Assembly: GCA_963662665.2 (NCBI GenBank)
Contig: CAXXJS010000014.1
Coordinates: 1-58,472, forward strand
Reading direction: 5' to 3'
Source: Candidatus Latescibacterota bacterium
GTDB taxonomy: Bacteria > Latescibacterota > UBA2968 > GCA-2709665
Length of the DNA: 58,472 bases
Shown here: positions 42,318-52,817 of the stretch, one piece after another
Layout: each line of letters begins with the position of its first letter
Numbering within the stretch: position 1 is the stretch's first letter
The notes under the pieces: model-generated
The model's database searches: none
Told to the model about the DNA's origin: nothing
What the model saw: the letters and a program-made list of their open reading frames with translations, nothing else
Program-made: the position numbers and the translations under genes

Positions 42318-43544
42318 ATGACCAACAATCGATGTATTCCCGTCGTCACCGTCGGGCAATCCGGGGCGGATATCGTCGGCGGCGACAACAGGGCGCTGCA
42401 GGCGGCTGTGGACTATATCGCGGGTCTGGGCGGCGGGACGGTAGAAATTCGCGCGGGAACCTACACGATGCGGGACTCGCTGCATTTGAGGAACGGTGTC
42501 ACCGTCCGCGGACAGGGCAACGAGTCCATCCTGCTTAAGGCCGATGCCGTGGAGAGTCCGCTTGTCCTGGACGGGGATTATGGCGAAGAACAGATCACCG
42601 TTGCCTCCCCCACCGGGTTCGCACCGGGCTACGGGGTCAGCGTTACGGACGACAACTCGGGCGGATTTCACACCGTCGTCTGCACGTTGATCTGGGCGGA
42701 TGGAAACACATTTGGCGCCGGCAAGCCCATGCTGGGCGATTACCTCGTCTCCCGAAACGCCCGTGCGGCAACCACGTTTCCGGTCATCAGCGGATACGGC
42801 GTCGAAGGCGCGGAGATCGAAAACCTGACGATTCAGGGCAACAGGAAAAACAACCCGTACCTCAACGGATGCAGGGGCGCGGGCATCTTCCTGTACCGCA
42901 GCCATGGGACAAAGATTGTCGGTTGTACGATCGAAGACTACAACGGCGACGGCATAAGTTTCCAGCAAAGTAACGATGTGTCCGTGGAAGACTGCGTCTG
43001 CAGCGGGAATACCCACCTGGGTCTGCACCCCGGGAGCGGAAGCGGGTCGCCAACGATACGAAACTGCCGGTCGACCGGGAACGGGCGCATCGGTCTGTTT
43101 CTCTGCTGGCGGGTCAGGAACGGACGGTTTGAAAACAACGCACTCCTGGACAACGGCGAGACCGGAATTTCCATCGGCCACAAGGACACCGACAACACCT
43201 TTATTAACAACCGTGCCATGGGGAACGGAAACGAAGGCGTGCTGTTCCGAGACGAATCCGAACCGATGGCGGGGCACCGGAATTACTTTGAGCGGAACGA
43301 AATACTGAACAACGGAACCGGAACCGACGGCTGCGGCATCCGCATCCTGGGCGAGACCCGCGACCTGACCTTCATCAACAACCGCATTGGCAATGCGCCA
43401 AAGGGCCAACAGCACATCGGTATCCTGATCGGAGAAAATGCGGATCGTATCGAACTCAGGGACAATGACTTATCCGGAAACATTGACCGAGAAATCAAAG
43501 ACCGTCGTGAGGTGATAAAACACCAGGAACCGGACCAGGATTGA
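42318..43544 (+). CDS. Right-handed parallel beta-helix protein (pectate-lyase superfamily)
   Basis: GAGG RBS; ALQAAVD..GGGTV..GTY; Asn-ladder repeats. Confidence 0.85.
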   Translation: MTNNRCIPVVTVGQSGADIVGGDNRALQAAVDYIAGLGGGTVEIRAGTYTMRDSLHLRNGVTVRGQGNESILLKADAVESPLVLDGDYGEEQITVASPTGFAPGYGVSVTDDNSGGFHTVVCTLIWADGNTFGAGKPMLGDYLVSRNARAATTFPVISGYGVEGAEIENLTIQGNRKNNPYLNGCRGAGIFLYRSHGTKIVGCTIEDYNGDGISFQQSNDVSVEDCVCSGNTHLGLHPGSGSGSPTIRNCRSTGNGRIGLFLCWRVRNGRFENNALLDNGETGISIGHKDTDNTFINNRAMGNGNEGVLFRDESEPMAGHRNYFERNEILNNGTGTDGCGIRILGETRDLTFINNRIGNAPKGQQHIGILIGENADRIELRDNDLSGNIDREIKDRREVIKHQEPDQD

Positions 43545-43816
43545 CCGCGATTGATCAGGATAAAAGGCCGATTAAAAACCGGGAAAAACTCTGATTGGCG
43601 TCCTTGCGAAGAATATGGCCCGTGGGTTGAAGCACGTATCATCGCATGAATTTATGTGTCTCGATGGCATCTTCTCATGAACTCCCACCAACGCCAGGTG
43701 TTTCAGCGCAGACGCGTTTTGCCCTACTCACCTACAACGATTGAATTTGACTACGTAATCCGGATGCAATTCGTATGTGCCAGGGCCTCTATCTTGACCT
43801 CGGAATGGAGATTAAC

Positions 43817-44182
43817 ATGAGACGATATCTGGTTCTGGTTGTTCTACTTGCAGCGATTGCTCCGGGTGATTGTGTGGCATCGGGTAACCCTGTCAAGACC
43901 AAGGGGTCGATAGAAGAATTCAGATTGTACACAAAATGCCTGGGTGTCATTCTCGTGGTTGAGCACCGGTCCGACGACGGGAGAAAAACCGGACTCAGAC
44001 GGGAGGAGATTATCGCTGCCGTCGAAGCCAGATTGCGCGCCGCCGGCCTGTATCAATCCGGTTATTTCGGGTTTCTCAAGGGGTCCGCGGTTTTCTTCCC
44101 ACATTTATATGTGGATGTCAATGTAAAAGGAGACGAGTTCAGCGTTCTCGCGGGAAAGTCACACCGGAGACGAATTCAATAG
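43817..44182 (+). CDS. Hypothetical exported protein, probably C-terminally truncated
   Basis: GGAG RBS; signal peptide MRRYLVLVVLLAAIA. Confidence 0.5.
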   Translation: MRRYLVLVVLLAAIAPGDCVASGNPVKTKGSIEEFRLYTKCLGVILVVEHRSDDGRKTGLRREEIIAAVEARLRAAGLYQSGYFGFLKGSAVFFPHLYVDVNVKGDEFSVLAGKSHRRRIQ

Positions 44183-44266
44183 CCTATGTGCTTATAGCCT
44201 GGTATCTGGCCGAAGCAGTCACCACACTCTCGAATCGAATAGAAATCATTCTAGGGTGAATGAGTT

Positions 44267-45406
44267 ATGAGTTTCCAATTTTTCTACATCGCCTGTCTCC
44301 TCTCGCTGTCCCTCTCCTGTTCCAAGTCCCAGGACCCGATCGCCAACGATGCGATAAGAATCGGTTTCCTGGTCTCCGGCGATCGTTCCTCATATGCAGA
44401 CGCGGCCATGTTGGCTGTAGACGAGATCAACACGAATGGTGGACTGCTCGACAGAACAGTCGAACTGGTAACACGAACCGATATTGAGGATGCCTCAGTA
44501 GCGGTCCAGGCCGCTCAACTGATGACCCAGAATGATCGGGTCTTCGCGATCCTCGGCCCCAACCGCTCAACCCACGCGGTTCAGGTCGGGCCGGTTGCTC
44601 AGCGGGCACACATACCTATGATAACGACCGCGGCCACGAACCCGAACGTGACCCGGGCGGGTGACTACGTATTTATGGCAGCGTTTTCTGATCAGTTCCA
44701 GGGCGCGGTTCTCGCCCGTTTTGCGTGGGAAGATTTGGGTAAGTCTGTAGCGGCGGTCCTGACCCTGGAGGGTGATGTATATACTGAAGGCATTTCAATG
44801 TTCTTTGTTTCCCATTTCACGGAGCTCGGCGGGACGGTCGTCGCAAACGAGGTTTTCTCTGCTGGCGATACCACCTTTACAGAACAGCTTGGGCGGATCT
44901 CCGAGGCCGAACCGGATGTATTCTTTATTTCGGGCCTGGTCTCGGATATGACCCACGTGGTCCGGGAAACGAGAACTGCTCCCGTGCTGAACGCCCAGGG
45001 CACACCTGTAGTCTTCCTGGGCGCTGACGCTTGGGACAATCCGTTGTTTCTGGATGCGGTACCGGCCGAGGTCGAAGGAAGTTTCTTTAGCGGACACTTC
45101 TCCGCGGAGTCAACCGAACCTGGCGCGAGGATGTTCGTAGAGGCGTACGTGGCCGCATACCAACGTACCCCCAGCGGTGGGGATGCGGTCAGCTATGACG
45201 CTGTTCGGCTGCTCTCCGAAGCCGTAGAACGGGCCCGTAGTTTTGAGGGAGAGGTGGTCCGGAACCAGCTAACGGCAACGCGAGATTACCGGGGAGCGAC
45301 TCAGATCGCGCGGTATAATGAAAACCGACATCCGACCAAGAGTGCGGTGATATTGACTATTCGGGATGGGGAGAGAAGGTTCTTCAAGGAGGTTGGGGCG
45401 CAATGA
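44267..45406 (+). CDS. LivK-type ABC substrate-binding lipoprotein (no permease nearby)
   Basis: LSLSC lipobox; AVDEINTNGGLL; GDYVF; YDAV. Confidence 0.9.
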   Translation: MSFQFFYIACLLSLSLSCSKSQDPIANDAIRIGFLVSGDRSSYADAAMLAVDEINTNGGLLDRTVELVTRTDIEDASVAVQAAQLMTQNDRVFAILGPNRSTHAVQVGPVAQRAHIPMITTAATNPNVTRAGDYVFMAAFSDQFQGAVLARFAWEDLGKSVAAVLTLEGDVYTEGISMFFVSHFTELGGTVVANEVFSAGDTTFTEQLGRISEAEPDVFFISGLVSDMTHVVRETRTAPVLNAQGTPVVFLGADAWDNPLFLDAVPAEVEGSFFSGHFSAESTEPGARMFVEAYVAAYQRTPSGGDAVSYDAVRLLSEAVERARSFEGEVVRNQLTATRDYRGATQIARYNENRHPTKSAVILTIRDGERRFFKEVGAQ

Positions 45407-45560
45407 AGGCGTAGAGAAAGACCAGGACAAAGTGTTCGCGTAACCCAACAGGGCCCATGGGCTATTACTCGATTACCTAAATTGTCCAGCGGCTCGCCGA
45501 CGACGTGCCATCCGCGACTTTATCGATGATACAATCGTAATTCGGACGAATACTGAAACG

Positions 45561-45645
45561 ATCTTCGACTGGCCTGATTAAACCGATCCTGCAGTGGCCG
45601 CATTAGGCCGATCCTGCAATGGTCAAATATCGGCGATCATCAACA
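45561..45645 (-). mobile_element. IS21-family terminal repeat array (type A)
   Basis: Ends CAACA; tandem GATCGGCC.AAT..GGCCA units matching 47850, 48936 and 56714 ends. Confidence 0.75.
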
Positions 45646-45826
45646 TGAACAACGAGGTCAACGGAGACGGACCCGACAGTTGCGGCATCCGCATCCTGGG
45701 TGAAACCCGCGACCGGCCCTTCGTCGACAACCGCATAGGCAATTCACCGAAGCGCAGGCAGAAAATCGGAATCCTTATCGGTGACAAGGCTGGGAATAGC
45801 GAACTCAGGGACAATGACTTATCCGG
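45646..45826 (+). pseudogene. Diverged 3' fragment of the beta-helix gene (paralog of ~43307-43477)
   Basis: CGIRILGETRD...NRIGN...IGILIG...ELRDNDLSG in both. Confidence 0.85.
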
Positions 45827-46000
45827 TGTCAACACCGGTTTTGTTTTTGACAGATGCACCGGTTTAAAATTGGACACAATAGACTGGATGGTGACTGGCT
45901 CGAGTGCCAGCAGGTTGGTGCGGATGCGTCGCTCGAAGCGCTCGTCGCGTTCGCGTGCGAGCATGTCCGCGACGATCTCGACGGGCGGGAAATGCGTCAA
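45827..46000 (-). mobile_element. IS21-family end (type B) with istB N-terminal remnant
   Basis: TGTCAACACCGGTTTT..CACCGGTTTAAAATTGGACA; minus strand VADMLARERDERFERRIRTNL resembles IstB N-terminus. Confidence 0.65.
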
Positions 46001-46041
46001 GTAAGAATGTCCACGACTCACCCACGCAGGGCTTGGCACTT

Positions 46042-46485
46042 CTATAGGCCCAACAGCCAGGCCCACACGATAGCGGGAATCAATTCGGACGCACGTTCGT
46101 ACTCTGGTAATAATGCCGCCTCAAACATCGGATCGTTGGCTCCGCGTGTGCGCGCATCAAAACGGATCGGTGCTACATTCCAATTCTCCATACCTGCATC
46201 CATAGGAGGCGGGCCTTGCATAAGACCACCCATCAGCCTGCGCATTCCGTGGTCGTACTGATGCTCTACCACATGCAGTTGCCATCCCTTTCCTACTCCG
46301 TCAAAAACCTCGGCAGGTACTCCCATAAACCGCCCTGATGCTATGGCATCGCGCAGGATCGGTCGCAAGCGCTCAATCACTTCCGCATCTACTTCGCTCT
46401 TTGCAATTTTGCGTGAGGGCCTCGGGATAATTCTAAACAGATGTTGTCCTGGTTTGAACGCTTCCCGATCACGATTTTGTCGCAT
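46042..46485 (-). CDS. Hypothetical protein
   Basis: ATG immediately after the Ldh-fragment stop; 147 aa; no recognised motif. Confidence 0.55.
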   Translation of the reverse strand: MRQNRDREAFKPGQHLFRIIPRPSRKIAKSEVDAEVIERLRPILRDAIASGRFMGVPAEVFDGVGKGWQLHVVEHQYDHGMRRLMGGLMQGPPPMDAGMENWNVAPIRFDARTRGANDPMFEAALLPEYERASELIPAIVWAWLLGL

Positions 46486-46488
46486 CGT

Positions 46489-47055
46489 CTATACCCCCTC
46501 CCCCACTCCCGCCAAATCCACCCGAAATTCCGTTCCGATTTCGCATGCCATCTGCCACGACCTTTCGTCCACCTCAATGCCCTCTGATTCGCGGCGTTCG
46601 GCGGTCCTGAACTCCGGTTCACCCGGAGCGAGGATCTCATCGAACCCCGGCGCGAGGCGGCTGGATTTCACGTGGCGCATCAGCCCTTCCACTTCGTCGT
46701 AGAACGTTTCCAGATCCGTGAAGTGTTCGATATCGTAAGCATTGATTAATACGCCGTTGCTGTTCATCTCCCGGTCCCCCGCCGCGCAGCCCTGGCCGCT
46801 CAGCGCCCCGCCCAGCAATTCGACCATGATGCTCAGCCCGTATCCCTTGTGACCCGCGTCACCCCCTAACGGCAATATGGCCCCCGGCGGATCGTCCTTG
46901 AAGTCGTTCGGCTCCGTGGTGGGCTCACCGTGCCCGTCGATGAGCCATCCTTTCGGCACCTTGACGCCCTGGTTGATCGCCAACCTGATCTTGCCCTCTG
47001 CCACGACCGACGTGGTCATGTCCACCAGGATCGGATTTGCGTTCCGCCGCGGCGC
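46489..47055 (-). pseudogene. Ldh_2-family (malate/lactate) oxidoreductase, 3' fragment copy 1
   Basis: ILVDMTTSVVAEGK, LPLGG..GHKGYGL, ILAPGEPE; 5' half absent. Confidence 0.85.
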
Positions 47056-47106
47056 AGTAGATCGGCAGATTGCAACAGGTCCGGACTGAAGAGTTGATCT
47101 AATTCA

Positions 47107-47143
47107 AACAGGACAACGCACTACAATAGTGCGTTGTCCTGTT
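47107..47143. terminator. Perfect 17-bp inverted repeat downstream of rpn
   Basis: aacaggacaacgcacta-caa-tagtgcgttgtcctgtt. Confidence 0.65.
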
Positions 47144-47180
47144 GTCTCATTCCCCGCGAAGGGTATTCAGCGAATGGGTT

Positions 47181-47771
47181 TCAGGACTGTTCCCGATCCA
47201 ACAATTGCCCGAATTCCTCCGGACTGGATACCTGGACCGCCGTGCGAAGCAACGCTTTAAGGCGTTGGACGTTGTCAATCGTCTCAATGCGAGCAGTCAG
47301 AAGATGCGGCGCAGGGAGACCGAATCGAGTCTCCAGTACGGCGAGGATACTCTCCCGTAGCCCTTGCTCAACGCCTTTTTCGATCCCTTGTTCAATGCCT
47401 TGTTCGATGCCCTCTCGGGTAAGGTATTGTGCAAAGGATGATTCGCGTATGAGGTCCATCATGCCCTCCTTCGAGACAATATCTGAAATGGTTTCCGGCG
47501 CGTACACCAACCCGCTCAGCAGCGACATACCGGCCAGGTAGTCGGCTTTTGCCGGCATAGCCATTGACCGCGCATTAGCCGTGTGCATACAGTGGCGCAA
47601 CCATGCCCGTGAAGTCATCCCTTGTGGCGGCCTCATCAAGGGAGCAAAGGCGATCAGCCCCGCGTGTCCTGCATCGAGAATCTCTTGACCCTGCAATTCA
47701 CTCAGCCGAGTCACTCTGTACTGCACATGGACACGATGGACGGGATGCCAGAGGGAGGCGGACGGCTCCAC
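47181..47771 (-). pseudogene. Rpn-family (recombination-promoting nuclease) C-terminal half
   Basis: GLIAFAPLM, RESSFAQYL, GIEQGIEQGIEKGVEQG, LETRFG; nuclease N-terminus missing. Confidence 0.75.
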
Positions 47772-47849
47772 GCAAACAAGATACGGGATCGGCGTGGGAA
47801 GTCAATTGCATCCCCAAGAGTTTTGGGAAATCCGTAAACCGGGGCTGCG

Positions 47850-48936
47850 GTTAGTGATCGCCCATATGCGGCCACCGCAGGATCGTCTTAATCAGGCCAG
47901 TTGAAGATCGACCCAATCGGGCCACTTGGTTACAATTTGGGTCTCGGACTTCCGATTGACGTCTCTACCTTCTCGCTGTCTCCCCGACAGTCCGGAGGGA
48001 AGGACATGGAAAACCGGAGGATCGAGATGTATCAGCATCGCCAGGTATTGACGCGTATATGGACGGCGTGATGGTTCGTTAATAAGGAACAGAAGCTCAC
48101 GCTCTTTTGTTTTCCAGCTATTGCTTCACGAGAACCGGCACGACGAGCGCGATGACGTGCTTGCACAGAGAAGCCAAACGTAACAACTGAACGGGAGCCA
48201 TCATCCGTGATGACGGCTCCCGTCTTTTCTGTCGTCGTAACCATGGTAGCGGAGGTGTTCGAGCGACTACTCTCCTGCAGACGCAGCGTTGATTTGCGTC
48301 CTTTAGAGTCGTCGAAATTCAGACCTGCGATTGGTCAGGTTAACGACTGACAAACGAAATGCACCGGGAAAATGGAAATTTTCATTAAAAAATCAACGAA
48401 ATCAGCGAAAAATTCAACACAAGTTCATTAAAAATATGTTATATTTAATATTAAGAGATGCGATGAAGTTCACGGAAATGAATCTCCGTCCAAAGCATAC
48501 CAAACCGAAATCGTCGCTAAAGCCCACACTGCCCAGGTGACGGCGCTATTGCCTGTTCCAATCCACGCTTCGCAAATATCGCATCAACAGTTCCAACCCC
48601 GCATACGAGGTGAGGCCTTCACCGGGGAATTCCATCTTCAAATTGTCGTTGACACGCGCGTGCAAATCCGCTTTCTTTCGTCTCACTGTACGTGGCCTTT
48701 CGTTTTGGGTGAAAAGGGTCGTTTGTCGCTTCCCAATATACCCAAATGGAAGGCCTTTTCCTATTGAAAAATAAAGACTTATTCGCATCTATGCTTAGTC
48801 TTCAATACCCGAAATTCATCTACGTAATTTTCGCATTGAGGCTAATTACATGCCCCTTCCGAAACCTCAATATCGCCACTTCCAGGTGGCTCCATTATGC
48901 CGATCATGGGTGGCCTGATTAGGGCGATCCGTGACA
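47850..48936 (+). mobile_element. Internally deleted IS21-family element (left end, istA stub 48006-48071, right end) with foreign filler
   Basis: MENRRIEMYQHRQVLTR istA start with GGAGG RBS; inverted end ...GGCCTGATTAGGGCGATCCGTGACA. Confidence 0.7.
48495..48842 (-). mobile_element. IS1380-family transposase 5' remnant
   Basis: EFPGEGLTSYAGLELL then in-frame stop and truncation. Confidence 0.65.
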
Positions 48937-49113
48937 GAAATCGCGCCCCATTTCCAAGAATAGTACGTGCAGAAGCCATGAATTCATTATCGCATATAAT
49001 CGCTAAAGCCAATAAAGATCAGCCTTGATTCGTCGTTTTTCGGGGACGTTAATTCGAGCCCGATAAGTGTTCGTGCACCAGACGAATATTGAAGAACAGG
49101 TGGAGGATAAAGA

Positions 49114-49743
49114 GTGAGGTTGCAGCTTATTTTCTTCATATTGCTTAGTTTATTTTGGTTAAAGGCCGAGGTTGAAGCTGATAACCACTGGCGACTTACA
49201 AAGGATCACTCGCCATTTTCAGGAATGGATGTGCTGACCATTCGTGGCCGAATACACCATGCGTATAGTTCCTGGTACGATTCTCCCGCACCAGGCGATT
49301 CGCTCTATTGCGTCTTGTTGATTTCTCCCACCATGATTGCTATCGATTATCCGTTGGAACGGCTTCCTCGCTGGGATAGGTCAAGTACTTTTCAGCAAGA
49401 TGTTGTGGTCAAATTCAGGGGGAAGGATAGACGTCCTAAATTAGTAGGTGTGTTTCCCAAGTCTTTTTGCGAGGTCTTCGATGATCGTAATCTCTTGTTG
49501 ATGATGCCAAAGGATCGACCCACCTTAATATGGGCGTTATTTCAGGATGAATTCCGCTCAGCCCAGGTATATTTGCAAACTTTACCCAAGCGGAAGGTCG
49601 GGCGACATCCAATGGAACTCGTAAAGGATCTTGATTTCGAACACTTTCAATTCAACCTTACGGGTTCCGGGAAAGCCATAAGAAAGTTATTTGAGGTCAC
49701 CAATACCGATACGACGATCTACACTTCTGTTGATTGGAGGTAG
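49114..49743 (+). CDS. Hypothetical exported protein
   Basis: GGAGG RBS; signal peptide. Confidence 0.65.
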   Translation: MRLQLIFFILLSLFWLKAEVEADNHWRLTKDHSPFSGMDVLTIRGRIHHAYSSWYDSPAPGDSLYCVLLISPTMIAIDYPLERLPRWDRSSTFQQDVVVKFRGKDRRPKLVGVFPKSFCEVFDDRNLLLMMPKDRPTLIWALFQDEFRSAQVYLQTLPKRKVGRHPMELVKDLDFEHFQFNLTGSGKAIRKLFEVTNTDTTIYTSVDWR

Positions 49744-49745
49744 CT

Positions 49746-50513
49746 ATGATTCTCCTTCTAATAGGTACGCTATCCGCTTATGCACAGGTGGGTCATATAG
49801 CCATTGGTACTGCGCCAGAACCAGGTATTATCGGTCGCGTGATTGTCGATTTTCACGAAGCTGGAGAATTCAAGGTATTTGAGTCACCTACATCAGAACA
49901 TTCGGTGTTGGAATCAGATGGTAAAATTGTGCGTTGGTATGGGAATAGTCTGTGCAAGTTTGGTTATTCGGGCAATTGTTCCAGGTTATTTTATCTAAAA
50001 CAACACATGGCGGGTGATGCTTCTCTCTGGTTGCCTTATTTTAAGGAATTGGTGGTGGATGGGCAAACCTGGTATCTCATCAATTGGTTTACCCCACCTT
50101 CACGTGATAGTCGTCACATCGGACTCAATTTTGGTTGGGTTTCGGAAGCGCATTTCCCCAAAGCACAGACACTCCAAGAGATTGTTGAAGCACACGAGGG
50201 CATGTTTTGTCTTACCAGGAAATTGGATTATCCGCTATTCTATAGCGAATTAGACGGGGAGCCCAGGGAACTCGCGGCGGATCCAAAGGTTGTGTGTAAT
50301 GCCTGGGACTTGATGGAAAAGGGGTTAGAGAATAAGATAGACGTCCAAGAGTTCGTCACATTTCAGGGGGTCGAATATGTAAAGGTGAAGATGGATATTT
50401 TTATCTGTGATCCACTAAAGAACAACCCAGAGCCGGTCTCCTTCGAAGGATATATCAAGTTCTGGGGTGAGGATTCACGATCGAATATTTGGGTGTGTTA
50501 TATGGGTTGTTGA
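49746..50513 (+). CDS. Hypothetical exported protein
   Basis: GGAGG RBS; signal peptide ending AYA; C-terminal CYMGC. Confidence 0.65.
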   Translation: MILLLIGTLSAYAQVGHIAIGTAPEPGIIGRVIVDFHEAGEFKVFESPTSEHSVLESDGKIVRWYGNSLCKFGYSGNCSRLFYLKQHMAGDASLWLPYFKELVVDGQTWYLINWFTPPSRDSRHIGLNFGWVSEAHFPKAQTLQEIVEAHEGMFCLTRKLDYPLFYSELDGEPRELAADPKVVCNAWDLMEKGLENKIDVQEFVTFQGVEYVKVKMDIFICDPLKNNPEPVSFEGYIKFWGEDSRSNIWVCYMGC

Positions 50514-50709
50514 ACATTGTGGTGGACCGTGAACTGCAGTTCAGATCTGATAATCCGGCTCTTCTCCAATTATCGCCAATATCCTAATTTGGTAGGTTTT
50601 AATGAAATCCGTCTAAATTGCCGGTTTCCAGATGTTTATGACCGCCCAGATGCGGTCTGGACACCGGCTGTGAATTCTGCATACGAATGCGGTTAATTTT
50701 AGGTTTAGT

Positions 50710-50738
50710 TTGACAAGCGCAAAAAATCACACTATAAG
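50710..50738 (+). promoter_or_regulatory. Sigma70-type promoter
   Basis: TTGACA-17nt-TATAAG. Confidence 0.6.
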
Positions 50739-50791
50739 TTGGATGAGGCCAGACGTCATTGATGAAACAGACACTCGACAGAGGATAGGCA

Positions 50792-51274
50792 ATGTCGCGT
50801 CCCAAGACTCTTGAAACGCTCATGGATGAGTTAAAACGCCGATTTGAGGACTACGAGGCAGTTGGTATGCGTGTTCGCCTGAACACATGGAGATTGGGAG
50901 AATCCCTAAACGAACTCAAAACAGCAACATCGGGACCAATCTTCGTGGGTGTGTTGCAAAGCACTGGAATAGAGGAACGTGTCGCCAGAAACGTGATTGA
51001 TTTCTACCTGCAACACCCCGGTTTGGATTTCGCTGAGAACCTTGACGAAGAAGACGATCAAGCAGTACTGGTAGTCAAACGTCTGTCTCGAGCGATTGAT
51101 GATGCTAATGCTCAAACTGACCGCCTTCGAGAAGAGTTAAAGGAAGAGAAAACAAAAAACGCGGCGGATCTACGCCGAATCAAATCACTCGAAAAAGCAG
51201 TCACGGAGTTGTCGATGGCTAACGGCAAATTGCACGGTACCATTGATGAGCTACGACAGGAAACGCGGGTGTAG
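50792..51274 (+). CDS. Phage-like coiled-coil protein, DUF3102-like N-terminus
   Basis: WRLGESLNELK...F...L...GIEERVARNVI pattern; C-terminal heptads. Confidence 0.55.
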   Translation: MSRPKTLETLMDELKRRFEDYEAVGMRVRLNTWRLGESLNELKTATSGPIFVGVLQSTGIEERVARNVIDFYLQHPGLDFAENLDEEDDQAVLVVKRLSRAIDDANAQTDRLREELKEEKTKNAADLRRIKSLEKAVTELSMANGKLHGTIDELRQETRV

Positions 51275-51377
51275 ACGACCTCCTTCAGCTCGTGCTTGGG
51301 AGACAATCTGGTCATCGCCGTTAACCGGATCAAGCCAATGCGGAATTACCTCAACCTGTCTTGGAGACGCTAATCAC

Positions 51378-52817
51378 ATGTCGCTAGATTTCAATGTCAT
51401 AGACGTCGAGACAGCTAACGCTGATCGTGCAAGTATCTGTCAGATTGGTATCGTCCACGTACGGGAGGGAGTAATCACAGATCACTGGCAGTCACTCGTC
51501 AATCCGAACGCCTGGTTTGATCCTCTCAATGTTTCAATTCACGGAATCAATGCGAAGGATGTGAAGAATAGTCCATCCTTGTCCGACATCGGTAGAGAAT
51601 TGTACTGCCTGAGCGGGTCCATACTTATCAGCCACACCTCATTTGATCGTGTCGCCATTGAACGCGCATTGGAGAAGCATAATCTTGAACCCCTACGCGT
51701 CACTTGGCTTGACAGTGCAAGAATTGTCCGTCGTGCATGGCCCGAACAATATGGAAAAAGTGGTTGGGGGCTCAAGAAGGTCGCCACAGACCTTGATATT
51801 GTCTTTAATCACCATGATGCATTGGACGATGCAAAGGCAGCAGCTGAGATTGTATTGAGGGCTTGCACAGCTACCGAGACAGGAATTGCAGATTGGCTGC
51901 ATCTAGTTAAACGACCGATTTTTCAGCCATCTGACAGGGCCGTTTCTTCTAGGCCGGAGGCTAATCCGGATGGTTCTCTGTATGGTGAGACAACATTGTT
52001 CACAGGTGAATTAAGTGTTTCTCGAAGTGATGCCCGCGAACTTGCGGCACAGGCCGGTTGCAATGTGGTCGATAATGCCACCAAGAAGGTCACAATGTTA
52101 GTTGTAGGGACTCAGGACGGACACAAATTAAAAGGATATGAAAAGAGTTCGAAACACCGGAGAATTGAAGAATTGATTAGCAAAGGAGAAGACATCGATA
52201 TTCTTTCGGAGTCCGATTTCTTCGTACTCCTGGGTATAGACAGATCGGAAATAGCCGCCAGCGCGAAGTCACCTCGGCCGAGCGCAAAGAAGAAAAAAGG
52301 CGGGGCCGAGTTTGGTGTTGTATTTTCGCTTGGTCCAGCGAGCACATTTGAAGAAAACGAACGTGAATATGATGTCGATATCTACGAAGATGCGAGTATA
52401 CCCTACGCTGAAATTGTAACATACGTAGATGCGGCGACTCACTACCTCAAAAACCTCGATGGATGCAGCATGAATGACCCAATTATCTTGGCAAAGGAAT
52501 CTGCGTGTGAAAAGGAGTCAAGCCGTATAGAGGTTTATTGCAAAGAAAATACAATTGGCTACCTCCCGAAGAACCTTGCAAGAAAAGTCGGACCACATTT
52601 GGACGCGGATGGGACGTATGAAGCATTTCTTGAGGATGACTGGGAGGACTTCGAGGAAGACGATGCTGATCAGAACAACGTTGGATTAATTATTCGGATC
52701 AACTTGGATGTGATGCCGGATGAATTGGTGAAGGAAGGGCGAAAGGTGGAACCACCCACCGAGGAGGCGTTAGAGGCCCTAAGGAAAGTGATTGAAGATT
52801 TGGAAGCTGGCCGCTAG
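51378..52817 (+). CDS. DEDDh 3'-5' exonuclease - BRCT - HIRAN-like fusion
   Basis: IDVETAN, HHDALDDA; FTGEL..SR..A..AG BRCT; IEVY...IGYLPKNLA HIRAN-like. Confidence 0.8.
   Translation: MSLDFNVIDVETANADRASICQIGIVHVREGVITDHWQSLVNPNAWFDPLNVSIHGINAKDVKNSPSLSDIGRELYCLSGSILISHTSFDRVAIERALEKHNLEPLRVTWLDSARIVRRAWPEQYGKSGWGLKKVATDLDIVFNHHDALDDAKAAAEIVLRACTATETGIADWLHLVKRPIFQPSDRAVSSRPEANPDGSLYGETTLFTGELSVSRSDARELAAQAGCNVVDNATKKVTMLVVGTQDGHKLKGYEKSSKHRRIEELISKGEDIDILSESDFFVLLGIDRSEIAASAKSPRPSAKKKKGGAEFGVVFSLGPASTFEENEREYDVDIYEDASIPYAEIVTYVDAATHYLKNLDGCSMNDPIILAKESACEKESSRIEVYCKENTIGYLPKNLARKVGPHLDADGTYEAFLEDDWEDFEEDDADQNNVGLIIRINLDVMPDELVKEGRKVEPPTEEALEALRKVIEDLEAGR

Noticed and set aside
15320-43415. 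Long antisense ORFs (e.g. 15320-16684, 25239-26423, 32681-33724, 38227-39402, 42291-43415)
   Set aside because: Shadow frames of well-supported genes in GC-rich DNA
48245-48345. c-di-GMP-I riboswitch (GGACGCAAA on minus strand)
   Set aside because: No GGCAAAC/GNRA P2 stem or receptor arrangement
48422-48449. dif-like site AGTTCATTAAA-AATATG-TTATATTTAAT
   Set aside because: Mismatches in both arms within an AT-rich patch inside IS debris; chance match likely
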